Of a DNA stretch of 64,000 bases, positions 39,661 through 52,647 are shown piece by piece. A model generated the notes under the pieces. The model was not told the origin of the DNA and made no database searches. It was given only the letters and a program-made list of their open reading frames with translations. The stretch spans positions 12,156,480 to 12,220,479 of the forward strand of contig OZ037771.1 in assembly GCA_964035545.1 (NCBI GenBank), written 5' to 3'. Source of the stretch: Bugula neritina. Its lineage: Eukaryota > Animalia > Bryozoa. The position numbers and the translations under genes are program-made. Numbering within the stretch: position 1 is the stretch's first letter; the number at the start of each line of letters is the position of its first letter.

Positions 39661-42600
39661 AATAAAATGATATTTAATGTGATTAATATCTTGACTAATA
39701 CAGATTTATTTGATATTCAGTTACGGTGTGAAAGATTATGAATTCTATTTGACTTTGTAATTCACATTCAAGACTCCCAGCCATATTATTTACCTTACCC
39801 ATAACGGTTTAAAAAGTCTTTTAAAAGGGTATAAAACGGCTACATAAGAAACGGTCCTCAAATCAAAAAAATATTCATATGATCATGTTTATATTAACTG
39901 CATGAATAATCCAAAGCATAGAAAATCTTAAGTTGATCTTTGACTAGCTGCAATTTAGATGTCATAAAATTTGCAATCAATGACCATACCAGACATAGCC
40001 ATACAATCAGTCGAGGTCATTAGAAGTTTTTAAATCAACGTGTATCTCTTCATTGAACTTGTGATGTAAACATAACAGTGAATTTTTTAGAAACGGCAAG
40101 TACTGGCTTTGCATGAAAAGCAAGATAAAACCACAAATAATGGAGCCGGTCACAAAACCCAAGAGGTTGTGCTTGTCAAAAAACAAATGATCTGAATTTT
40201 TTCACACAAGCAAAGTGATCTAATGAGAACTAAGCATAACATGTTTCACTAAAACTTAAAATATATATTTTTATTGCTCTTTTTGAGCAAAAAAAGTGTG
40301 CTAGAAAGACTAAGGAAAGGAAAGGGCTCAAGCATAATTATAAAATTCAATGCTCAACTACCAACAAACCAGAATGTGCAACTGGAAAAAAATCAAGTTG
40401 ATGCAGGACCATTCTATAAGAAAATGAATACGTCTAAAGACAGCCCATACAGGTTTATTCAAAAATTTGACAAGAGCAATACCAAAATCCATAAGTAGGC
40501 TCTAGCATTATTAAACGAAACCTTCAGATTTTCTTTTAAACAGTAAATACTATATTTTAAGAATCAAATCTTGTATTTGCTGTACATATCATAAGTCCTC
40601 AATAAATACAGAAGTTACCAAAGCAATGTTGCTAACTTTTATGAAAGCATATCATGCACCAGATGCAGGATTTTAAAGCACAGCAGTCAGGGTTCAATAG
40701 CTTAGAGGTCTAACCAAGAAAAAGTTCTCTGTCTCCAGCAATCAACAGTGAGTACAAATCAAGTTTTCAAAAGAAAAAACTTGAAAAAATTAAAAATAAA
40801 CTCAACGGCCTGAAGACAAAAAAACAGAACTATTTTGATTCAGCATCTATATAAAAAAATTGATTCAGTTCAACTACAAAAGTAGTGTTACCATTTTTAA
40901 TAGTTCATATAATGGTATTATGATGCGCAAAGAATGTCATTCGAGACATCCATAAACTAACCATTAGGAAAATTAAATGATTTGCTGCAATTTATAGCAG
41001 AAATAGAAACATAAAACTTTGACATCATTGATGAGACCACAATAAATAGAAGAAAAAAGGTCTTGTTTGTTAAAAACATCAGTGTGGGATGTTGCTGAGT
41101 TTTTTAATTCAAGAAAAATAATCTAATATATGAACTAAAAACAATTGGTCAGACCATGGGAAAAGTTGGCAATGGGCAAAGTAGTAGCTCGATCTTAGCA
41201 TTATTTAAAAAACTGGTAAATTTAAATACAAACAAATTAATTTCATCTATGTGGCTATTGAGAGCGTACGACTGAAAACATCAGAGAAAAAGATATTGAT
41301 TCAAATATTTTTTTACTACTCTTTATTATGAGTTACTTGTTGCCATATACTATGTAATTCTACTGATCTAAAGCGTATTTTTTTGTATTACAATTAGGAT
41401 GTTATGATATTTTTTAGTTATATTTAAGCAAGTCTATATTTAAAAAGTTTGCAACTACTTTGATTTTGTAGCTGCTATATTTGTGTCAGACTATACGCAT
41501 TAAATAAAAAATTGACTTATAGCCTTTTTATAGCCATATAACTGACTGATATGTGTTTGAAGTTAGCAAATAAAATAAATATTATAATGTACGTACATAT
41601 TTTGATAATATTGAGCTACTCTCACAATTAACTTACTGGAGACTATATAGTCAAATCAATACTGTACATTCCATGCTAAAAGTGCATGTCTGCATGCATT
41701 GTGTTTGAATTGTGTATGTGCTTCTGGTTGCATACTTTATTCAAGAAAGATTATGTTGATTGCGAGTTGTTTTAATTTATTACACTTACAATCATGAGAT
41801 AGTAATTGAAGCATTAAAATTGTACGTTTAGTATTGTGAATTTGTTTGATTTTACAGTTGTGAGTAACAAATGCGATAAGAAAATTATTTTGACTCGTAA
41901 TTCCAAATGCAAGCTTTTGACCGAATAGTGTGTTTTAGCAACAAGCAATAGTTTATAAGACTTTTATCTTATCACAATGCATCAAAAACTAATTCTATTC
42001 TAGTGCAAACTTGTGCAGAAGCTGATCTATGTTATATCATTTGTGAAAGTAGCTGTGTTAGAAACAAAAAAAGAGTTTTAGTAAAAAGAGTGCCTTGTTC
42101 TAAAACTAATACAAATGCAGTGGCATCACAAAAACTCTATTTTGGTGCTACAATTTTGTGAACAACATCTTGGTACTACTGCATTCTGATATATTATATT
42201 TTAATTTGGTTAGCTGTACTTGTTACTGGTTTCAAACTTGTTGCTGCATTGACACTATTTTGGTTTATCTGGGCTATAATTGCCCAGCACCTGTTGATTG
42301 ACTATTATTAATTATTTTTAAGCTGAGCTCCTGTCATTCACAGTAAACATAAGCACATCATTTTAATCAGAAATCAAAGCATTCTAATAGCTAGCTTAAG
42401 CCTTATACACTAATCCACCCAACTGGTACATCTGTTGTATTCAAGTGGTAGATGAATGGTAATAAAATGATATTTAATGTGATTAATATCTTGACTAATA
42501 CAGATTTATTTGATATTCAGTTACGGTGTGAAAGATTATGAATTCTATTTGACTTTGTAATTCACATTCAAGACTCCCAGCCATATTATTTACCTTACCC

Positions 42601-45600
42601 ATAACGGTTTAAAAAGTCTTTTAAAAGGGTATAAAACGGCTACATAAGAAACGGTCCTCAAATCAAAAAAATATTCATATGATCATGTTTATATTAACTG
42701 CATGAATAATCCAAAGCATAGAAAATCTTAAGTTGATCTTTGACTAGCTGCAATTTAGATGTCATAAAATTTGCAATCAATGACCATACCAGACATAGCC
42801 ATACAATCAGTCGAGGTCATTAGAAGTTTTTAAATCAACGTGTATCTCTTCATTGAACTTGTGATGTAAACATAACAGTGAATTTTTTAGAAACGGCAAG
42901 TACTGGCTTTGCATGAAAAGCAAGATAAAACCACAAATAATGGAGCCGGTCACAAAACCCAAGAGGTTGTGCTTGTCAAAAAACAAATGATCTGAATTTT
43001 TTCACACAAGCAAAGTGATCTAATGAGAACTAAGCATAACATGTTTCACTAAAACTTAAAATATATATTTTTATTGCTCTTTTTGAGCAAAAAAAGTGTG
43101 CTAGAAAGACTAAGGAAAGGAAAGGGCTCAAGCATAATTATAAAATTCAATGCTCAACTACCAACAAACCAGAATGTGCAACTGGAAAAAAATCAAGTTG
43201 ATGCAGGACCATTCTATAAGAAAATGAATACGTCTAAAGACAGCCCATACAGGTTTATTCAAAAATTTGACAAGAGCAATACCAAAATCCATAAGTAGGC
43301 TCTAGCATTATTAAACGAAACCTTCAGATTTTCTTTTAAACAGTAAATACTATATTTTAAGAATCAAATCTTGTATTTGCTGTACATATCATAAGTCCTC
43401 AATAAATACAGAAGTTACCAAAGCAATGTTGCTAACTTTTATGAAAGCATATCATGCACCAGATGCAGGATTTTAAAGCACAGCAGTCAGGGTTCAATAG
43501 CTTAGAGGTCTAACCAAGAAAAAGTTCTCTGTCTCCAGCAATCAACAGTGAGTACAAATCAAGTTTTCAAAAGAAAAAACTTGAAAAAATTAAAAATAAA
43601 CTCAACGGCCTGAAGACAAAAAAACAGAACTATTTTGATTCAGCATCTATATAAAAAAATTGATTCAGTTCAACTACAAAAGTAGTGTTACCATTTTTAA
43701 TAGTTCATATAATGGTATCATGATGCGCAAAGAATGTCATTCGAGACATCCATAAACTAACCATTAGGAAAATTAAATGATTTGCTGCAATTTATAGCAG
43801 AAATAGAAACATAAAACTTTGACATCATTGATGAGACCACAATAAATAGAAGAAAAAAGGTCTTGTTTGTTAAAAACATCAGTGTGGGATGTTGCTGAGT
43901 TTTTTAATTCAAGAAAAATAATCTAATATATGAACTAAAAACAATTGGTCAGACCATGGGAAAAGTTGGCAATGGGCAAAGTAGTAGCTCGATCTTAGCA
44001 TTATTTAAAAAACTGGTAAATTTAAATACAAACAAATTAATTTCATCTATGTGGCTATTGAGAGCGTACGACTGAAAACATCAGAGAAAAAGATATTGAT
44101 TCAAATATTTTTTTACTACTCTTTATTATGAGTTACTTGTTGCCATATACTATGTAATTCTACTGATCTAAAGCGTATTTTTTTGTATTACAATTAGGAT
44201 GTTATGATATTTTTTAGTTATATTTAAGCAAGTCTATATTTAAAAAGTTTGCAACTACTTTGATTTTGTAGCTGCTATATTTGTGTCAGACTATACGCAT
44301 TAAATAAAAAATTGACTTATAGCCTTTTTATAGCCATATAACTGACTGATATGTGTTTGAAGTTAGCAAATAAAATAAATATTATAATGTACGTACATAT
44401 TTTGATAATATTGAGCTACTCTCACAATTAACTTACTGGAGACTATATAGTCAAATCAATACTGTACATTCCATGCTAAAAGTGCATGTCTGCATGCATT
44501 GTGTTTGAATTGTGTATGTGCTTCTGGTTGCATACTTTATTCAAGAAAGATTATGTTGATTGCGAGTTGTTTTAATTTATTACACTTACAATCATGAGAT
44601 AGTAATTGAAGCATTAAAATTGTACGTTTAGTATTGTGAATTTGTTTGATTTTACAGTTGTGAGTAACAAATGCGATAAGAAAATTATTTTGACTCGTAA
44701 TTCCAAATGCAAGCTTTTGACCGAATAGTGTGTTTTAGCAACAAGCAATAGTTTATAAGACTTTTATCTTATCACAATGCATCAAAAACTAATTCTATTC
44801 TAGTGCAAACTTGTGCAGAAGCTGATCTATGTTATATCATTTGTGAAAGTAGCTGTGTTAGAAACAAAAAAAGAGTTTTAGTAAAAAGAGTGCCTTGTTC
44901 TAAAACTAATACAAATGCAGTGGCATCACAAAAACTCTATTTTGGTGCTACAATTTTGTGAACAACATCTTGGTACTACTGCATTCTGATATATTATATT
45001 TTAATTTGGTTAGCTGTACTTGTTACTGGTTTCAAACTTGTTGCTGCATTGACACTATTTTGGTTTATCTGGGCTATAATTGCCCAGCACCTGTTGATTG
45101 ACTATTATTAATTATTTTTAAGCTGAGCTCCTGTCATTCACAGTAAACATAAGCACATCATTTTAATCAGAAATCAAAGCATTCTAATAGCTAGCTTAAG
45201 CCTTATACACTAATCCACCCAACTGGTACATCTGTTGTATTCAAGTGGTAGATGAATGGTAATAAAATGATATTTAATGTGATTAATATCTTGACTAATA
45301 CAGATTTATTTGATATTCAGTTACGGTGTGAAAGATTATGAATTCTATTTGACTTTGTAATTCACATTCAAGACTCCCAGCCATATTATTTACCTTACCC
45401 ATAACGGTTTAAAAAGTCTTTTAAAAGGGTATAAAACGGCTACATAAGAAACGGTCCTCAAATCAAAAAAATATTCATATGATCATGTTTATATTAACTG
45501 CATGAATAATCCAAAGCATAGAAAATCTTAAGTTGATCTTTGACTAGCTGCAATTTAGATGTCATAAAATTTGCAATCAATGACCATACCAGACATAGCC

Positions 45601-48600
45601 ATACAATCAGTCGAGGTCATTAGAAGTTTTTAAATCAACGTGTATCTCTTCATTGAACTTGTGATGTAAACATAACAGTGAATTTTTTAGAAACGGCAAG
45701 TACTGGCTTTGCATGAAAAGCAAGATAAAACCACAAATAATGGAGCCGGTCACAAAACCCAAGAGGTTGTGCTTGTCAAAAAACAAATGATCTGAATTTT
45801 TTCACACAAGCAAAGTGATCTAATGAGAACTAAGCATAACATGTTTCACTAAAACTTAAAATATATATTTTTATTGCTCTTTTTGAGCAAAAAAAGTGTG
45901 CTAGAAAGACTAAGGAAAGGAAAGGGCTCAAGCATAATTATAAAATTCAATGCTCAACTACCAACAAACCAGAATGTGCAACTGGAAAAAAATCAAGTTG
46001 ATGCAGGACCATTCTATAAGAAAATGAATACGTCTAAAGACAGCCCATACAGGTTTATTCAAAAATTTGACAAGAGCAATACCAAAATCCATAAGTAGGC
46101 TCTAGCATTATTAAACGAAACCTTCAGATTTTCTTTTAAACAGTAAATACTATATTTTAAGAATCAAATCTTGTATTTGCTGTACATATCATAAGTCCTC
46201 AATAAATACAGAAGTTACCAAAGCAATGTTGCTAACTTTTATGAAAGCATATCATGCACCAGATGCAGGATTTTAAAGCACAGCAGTCAGGGTTCAATAG
46301 CTTAGAGGTCTAACCAAGAAAAAGTTCTCTGTCTCCAGCAATCAACAGTGAGTACAAATCAAGTTTTCAAAAGAAAAAACTTGAAAAAATTAAAAATAAA
46401 CTCAACGGCCTGAAGACAAAAAAACAGAACTATTTTGATTCAGCATCTATATAAAAAAATTGATTCAGTTCAACTACAAAAGTAGTGTTACCATTTTTAA
46501 TAGTTCATATAATGGTATTATGATGCGCAAAGAATGTCATTCGAGACATCCATAAACTAACCATTAGGAAAATTAAATGATTTGCTGCAATTTATAGCAG
46601 AAATAGAAACATAAAACTTTGACATCATTGATGAGACCACAATAAATAGAAGAAAAAAGGTCTTGTTTGTTAAAAACATCAGTGTGGGATGTTGCTGAGT
46701 TTTTTAATTCAAGAAAAATAATCTAATATATGAACTAAAAACAATTGGTCAGACCATGGGAAAAGTTGGCAATGGGCAAAGTAGTAGCTCGATCTTAGCA
46801 TTATTTAAAAAACTGGTAAATTTAAATACAAACAAATTAATTTCATCTATGTGGCTATTGAGAGCGTACGACTGAAAACATCAGAGAAAAAGATATTGAT
46901 TCAAATATTTTTTTACTACTCTTTATTATGAGTTACTTGTTGCCATATACTATGTAATTCTACTGATCTAAAGCGTATTTTTTTGTATTACAATTAGGAT
47001 GTTATGATATTTTTTAGTTATATTTAAGCAAGTCTATATTTAAAAAGTTTGCAACTACTTTGATTTTGTAGCTGCTATATTTGTGTCAGACTATACGCAT
47101 TAAATAAAAAATTGACTTATAGCCTTTTTATAGCCATATAACTGACTGATATGTGTTTGAAGTTAGCAAATAAAATAAATATTATAATGTACGTACATAT
47201 TTTGATAATATTGAGCTACTCTCACAATTAACTTACTGGAGACTATATAGTCAAATCAATACTGTACATTCCATGCTAAAAGTGCATGTCTGCATGCATT
47301 GTGTTTGAATTGTGTATGTGCTTCTGGTTGCATACTTTATTCAAGAAAGATTATGTTGATTGCGAGTTGTTTTAATTTATTACACTTACAATCATGAGAT
47401 AGTAATTGAAGCATTAAAATTGTACGTTTAGTATTGTGAATTTGTTTGATTTTACAGTTGTGAGTAACAAATGCGATAAGAAAATTATTTTGACTCGTAA
47501 TTCCAAATGCAAGCTTTTGACCGAATAGTGTGTTTTAGCAACAAGCAATAGTTTATACGACCTTTATCTTATCACAATGCATCAAAAACTAATTCTATTC
47601 TAGTGCAAACTTGTGCAGAAGCTGATCTATGTTATATCATTTGTGAAAGTAGCTGTGTTAGAAATAAAAAAAGAGTCTTAGTAAAAAGAGTGCCTTGTTC
47701 TAAAACTAATACAAATGCAGTGGCCTCACAAAATCTCTGTTTTAGTGTTACCATTCTGTGAACAGCCATTTGGTACTACTGCATTCTGATATATTATTCT
47801 AATTTGGTTAGCTGTACTTGTTACTGGTTTCAAACTTGTTGCTGCATTGACACTATTCTGGTTTATCTGGGCTATAATTGCCCAGCACCTGTTGACTGCC
47901 TATTATTAATTATTTTTAAGCTGAGCTCCTGTCATTCACAGTAAACATAAGCACATTATTTTAATCAGAAATCAAAGCATTCTAATAGCTAACTTAAGCC
48001 GCAAACACTCATGCCCAACTGGTACATCTGCTGTATGGAAGTGGTAGATAAATAGCAACAAAATAATATTTAAGATGATTATTGTCTTGACTATAATAGA
48101 TTTATTTCATATTCAGCTAAGCTGTGAAAGATTATAAATTCTATTTGACTTTGTAATTCACATTCAAGACTCCCAGCCATATTATTTACCTTACCCATAA
48201 CAGTTTAAAAAATTTTTTAAAAGGGTATAAGATGGCTACATAAGAAACGGTCCTCAAATCAAAAAAAATATTCATATGATCATGTTTATATTGACTGCAT
48301 GAATAATCCAAAGCATAGAAAATATTAAGTTAATCTTTGACTAGCTGCAATTTAGATGTCATAAAACCTGCAACCAATAACCATACCAGACATAGCCATA
48401 CAATCAGTCGAGGTCAACAAACCAGAATGTGCAACTGGAAACAAAATCAAATTGATGCAAGACCATTCTATAAGAAAAAGAATATGTCTCAAGACAGCCC
48501 ATACAAGTTTATTCAAAAATTTGACAAGAGCAATACCAAAATCCATAAGTAGGCTCTAGCATTATTAAATGAAACCTTCAGGTTTTCTTTTAAACAGCAA

Positions 48601-50185
48601 ATAATATCTTTCAAGAATCAAATCTTGTATTTGCTGTACATATCATAAGCCCTCAATAAATACAGAAGTTACCAAAGCAATGTTGCTAACTTTTATGAAA
48701 GCATATCATGCACCAGATGCAGGATTTTAAAACACTGCAGTCAGGTTTCAGTAGCTTAGAGGTCTAACCAAGAAAAAGTTCTCTGTCTCCAGCAATCAAC
48801 AGTAAGTACAAATCAAGTTTTCAAAAGAAAAAACTTGAAGAAGTTAAAAATAAACTCAACGGCCTGAAGACAAAAAGACAGGATTATTTTGATTCAGCAT
48901 TGATATATAAAAAAATTTGATTCAGTCTATAACTACAGCAGTAGAGCTACCATGCACTGTAAATAGTGCATATTGGTGTAATCATTTCAAATGAGCTGGA
49001 ATAGAGGGAAAAATCTTGTATCCCCAATATCATTGAAGATATTCATGAACTAACCAATATAAAAAATAAAATGACCTCCAGTTACATAGCAGCAATATAA
49101 ACATAAAACTTTGACATCAATGATGAGGCCATGATGATTATAGAAGAACCAAAAAGTCATGCTTGTTGAAAGCAACAGTGTGAGATGAGCTGATTTTTTT
49201 AATACAATTAGAGAAATAATCTAATATATGAACTAAAAAATTGTCAGAAGTTGCCAGGCAACAATTTTATGGCTTTTTAATAACAAAACATGAGAAAATT
49301 TGGCAATAGGCATCCAAGGAAGGTAGAAGCTCCTAGCAATATTTTATAACTGCTAAATAAAATACCAGCAAATGAAATTTATATATCTTGTTGCTGAGGG
49401 CTGTTGACTGAAAAAGTGCAAAAAAAGATATTGATTCAAATATTTTATTACTTCTCTTTATTATAAGCTACTTGTTGCCATATACTATTTAGCTCTATTG
49501 ATCTAAAGTCTATTATCTTGTATTACAATTAAAATGCTGAGATGCTTTTTAGTTATATTTAAGCAAGTCTATATTTAAAAAGTATGCGCCAACTGCTTTA
49601 ATTTAGTAGTCGCTATATTTGTGTCATAATATACTAAATATTTTTGTGCATTTTTATAGCTTTTTTAAAGCCATATAACTGACTGTTATGTGTTTGAAGT
49701 TAGCAAACAAAATAAATATTATACTATTTCTACATATGTCAATAACATTGAGCTACTCTCACAATTAAGTTATTGGAGACTATATAGTCAAATCAATACT
49801 GTACATTCCATGCTAAAAGTGCATGTCTGCATGCATTGTGTTTGAATTGTGTATGTGCTTCTGGCTGCATATCTTATTCAAGAAAGATTATGTTGATTGC
49901 GAGGTGTTTTCAATTATTACACTTACAACCATGAGATAGTAAACCATTGAAATTATAGGCTTAGTTTTGTGAGTTTGTTTAATTTTACAGTTGTGAGTGA
50001 CCAATGCGATAAGAAAATTATTTGACCCCTAACTCCAAATACAAGCTTTTGACCCAATATTATGTTTTAGCAACAAACAATAGTTTATGAGACTGTTATC
50101 TTTTTACAATGCATCAAAAGCTAATTTTATTCTCGCATGAACTTGGCAGAAGCTGATCCATGTAATGACATATGTAAAAGAAGCT

Positions 50186-51150
50186 TTACCTCAACAGAAG
50201 CATAGGGGACTAGTTCAGGATTATGGTCGGGGTCAGACAAGGCTGTTAACTTTTTCTAACTCTCTTCAACATCTTCTTAGAAAGAATCATGACTGACGCA
50301 CTAGAAGAGGTCGATAGAACAGTCAGCATTGAAGGCAGAACAATTACCAACTTGTGTTTTGCTGACGACATTGACTGACGAGCAGGGGAAGAACAAGAGC
50401 TAGCCAAACTTGTAGAACAATTTGACACAACCTCAGCAGCGTATGGCCGGAGATCAGTGCAGAGAAAACCAAGCTGATGACCAACAATACCGACGGCATC
50501 AACACAGACATCAAAGTCAATTGCGAGAAACTTGGAACTGTCAAGAGCTTCAAGTACCTTGGGTCAGTCGTATCAGATGAAGGATCAAAGCCTGAAATTC
50601 TCTCCAGGATCACGCAAACAACAGCCGCCCTGACAAAACTGAGGCCTGTTTGGAATGACAGAAATATCACGCTCTGTTCAAAGATCAGACTGATGCGATC
50701 ACTGGTCATCTCCATATTCCTGTGAGTCATGGACACTGACAGCAGATTTGGAAAGAAGAATACAGGCAACTGAAATGAGATGCTACTGCAGGCCCCTAGG
50801 CATTTCCGACAAAGACCACCTCACAAATGTTGAGATACGGAATAGAGTCACGAACGCAGTAGGACATCACAAAGATTTTTTGACTACTGTGAAGAGACAG
50901 AAACTGAAATGGTATGGGTGTGTCACAAGATCCACAGGACTTGCCAAGACAATCCTACAAGGAACTGTACAAGAAGGGAGAAGGAAAGGCAGGCAGAGAA
51001 AAAGATTGGAGGACAACATCACAGAATGGACTGGAAAGACACCGATCAACAACTTGAGGAGAACAGAGAACAGAAAGGGATGGAGAGAGCTGGTTGCCAA
51101 GATCAACAGTGGTGCCAAAACGGTCGTCCTGATACAGGAAAGAAGTTGTG
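50186..51150 (+). mobile_element. 5'-truncated decayed RTE-clade element (family B, BovB-like)
   Basis: GVRQGC..TLFNIFLERIM, NLCFADDID, SFKYLGS, IQATEMRCY, LKWYG and ILQGTVQEGRRKGRQRK. Distinct from family A; interrupts unit 5 inside the Cys exon. Confidence 0.92.
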
Positions 51151-51160
51151 CTAGAAACAA

Positions 51161-52647
51161 AAATATGAAAGCTAACAAAGCCACAGGGCCAGACCAGCTA
51201 CCAATTGACATCATAAAGTTGCTGGAAGAGAGAGGAACTACATGGATGACAGCGTGTTTGAACAATATCATCTCCGAAAGGATACCACCAGACTGGAGAG
51301 AGAGCCCGATAACACCAATATATAAACAGAAAGGAGACCCACTAGACTGTGGAAACTACAGGGGGATAAAACTGCTAAGCCACTGCCTCAAACTATTAGA
51401 GAAGATCATTGAACAGAGAATCAGAGAATTAGTTACAATCAAGCAAAATCAGTATGGATTTCAGAAAGGGAAATCAACCGCAGAACCCATGTTCTGCCTC
51501 CGAATACTGCAAGAAAAGCACAGAGAGCACAACAAAGAGCTCCATATGGTGTTCGTGGACCTTGAAAAAGCCTACGACACTATACCACGTGAGTTAATAT
51601 GGCACTGCCTACGGAAACGAATGGTCCCAGAGCAATACATCAACATCATAAAAGACATGTACGAAGATTGCAGCACTAGTGTTAGGACAGACTCTGGGTT
51701 GACAAGCAAAATCCAAATCGAAGTCGGATTACATCAGGGATCGGCACTAAGCCTGCTGCTATATTTATCATAATTATGGATGTCCTAGCAGAAGACATAA
51801 ACGAGAACAGCCCATGGGCAATGCTATTTGCCGATTATCTGGTCCTGTGCGACAGTAATAGAGAGAGATTAGAAAGAAGGTTAGAGATCTGGAGAGAGAA
51901 AATAGAGGCAGCAGGATTGAAGATAAGTCGAAATAAAACCGAGCATCTGCCAGTTGTTGGAAACCAAGAAAGCATCGGGATGAAGAAGTATGGTAGTCAG
52001 GTTATAGAAAGCCTGCCCAAGTGTTCCAAATTCAAGTACTTGGGCACAACAATCCAACAAGAGGGAGGCTGCCGGAGGGAGGTTGAGCTGAGAATATCCA
52101 AGGCTTGGAATAAGTGGAGAGAGCTGTCTGGTGTGCTCTGTGACAAGAAAATGCCCACAAAACTCAAAGTGCTGATTTACAAAATAGCTATCAGACCAAC
52201 CCTACTATACGGAAATGAGACTTGGCCCATCACAAAATCTCTGGCAGACAAGATGTCATCATGTGAGATGCGCATGCTGCAATACAGTTTGAATGTCAGT
52301 TTAGAGGATCATAAGCCAAATGAGGAAATAACAGCAGAAGCGAGAGTGATGCCAATTAAAGACCTGATGAGGAAAAGACGAATGCGGTGGTATGGACATG
52401 TTAGAAGAAGAGAAAGCGAGGAAGACATCCGGAGAGTGTCAGAGATGACAGCTGAGGGAGTTCGACCTAGGGGTAGACCAAAGCAAAGATGATGTGATAC
52501 AATAAACTCAGACCTTAGATGGCTCGATCTAGATGGCGCAGATGCTGAAGATCGAGTTCGATGGAGATGCCTGGTAGAACTTGGTATCAAGCAAAAACCC
52601 GCCACCCGCGCAGGACCACGGCGGTGAAAGGTGACCAAAGGTGACCA
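51161..52647 (+). mobile_element. Second copy of the RTE family A insertion
   Basis: Near-identical to 36268-37753, with the same 2-bp frameshift. Has FADY instead of FADD and a premature TGA at ~52490. Confidence 0.95.
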
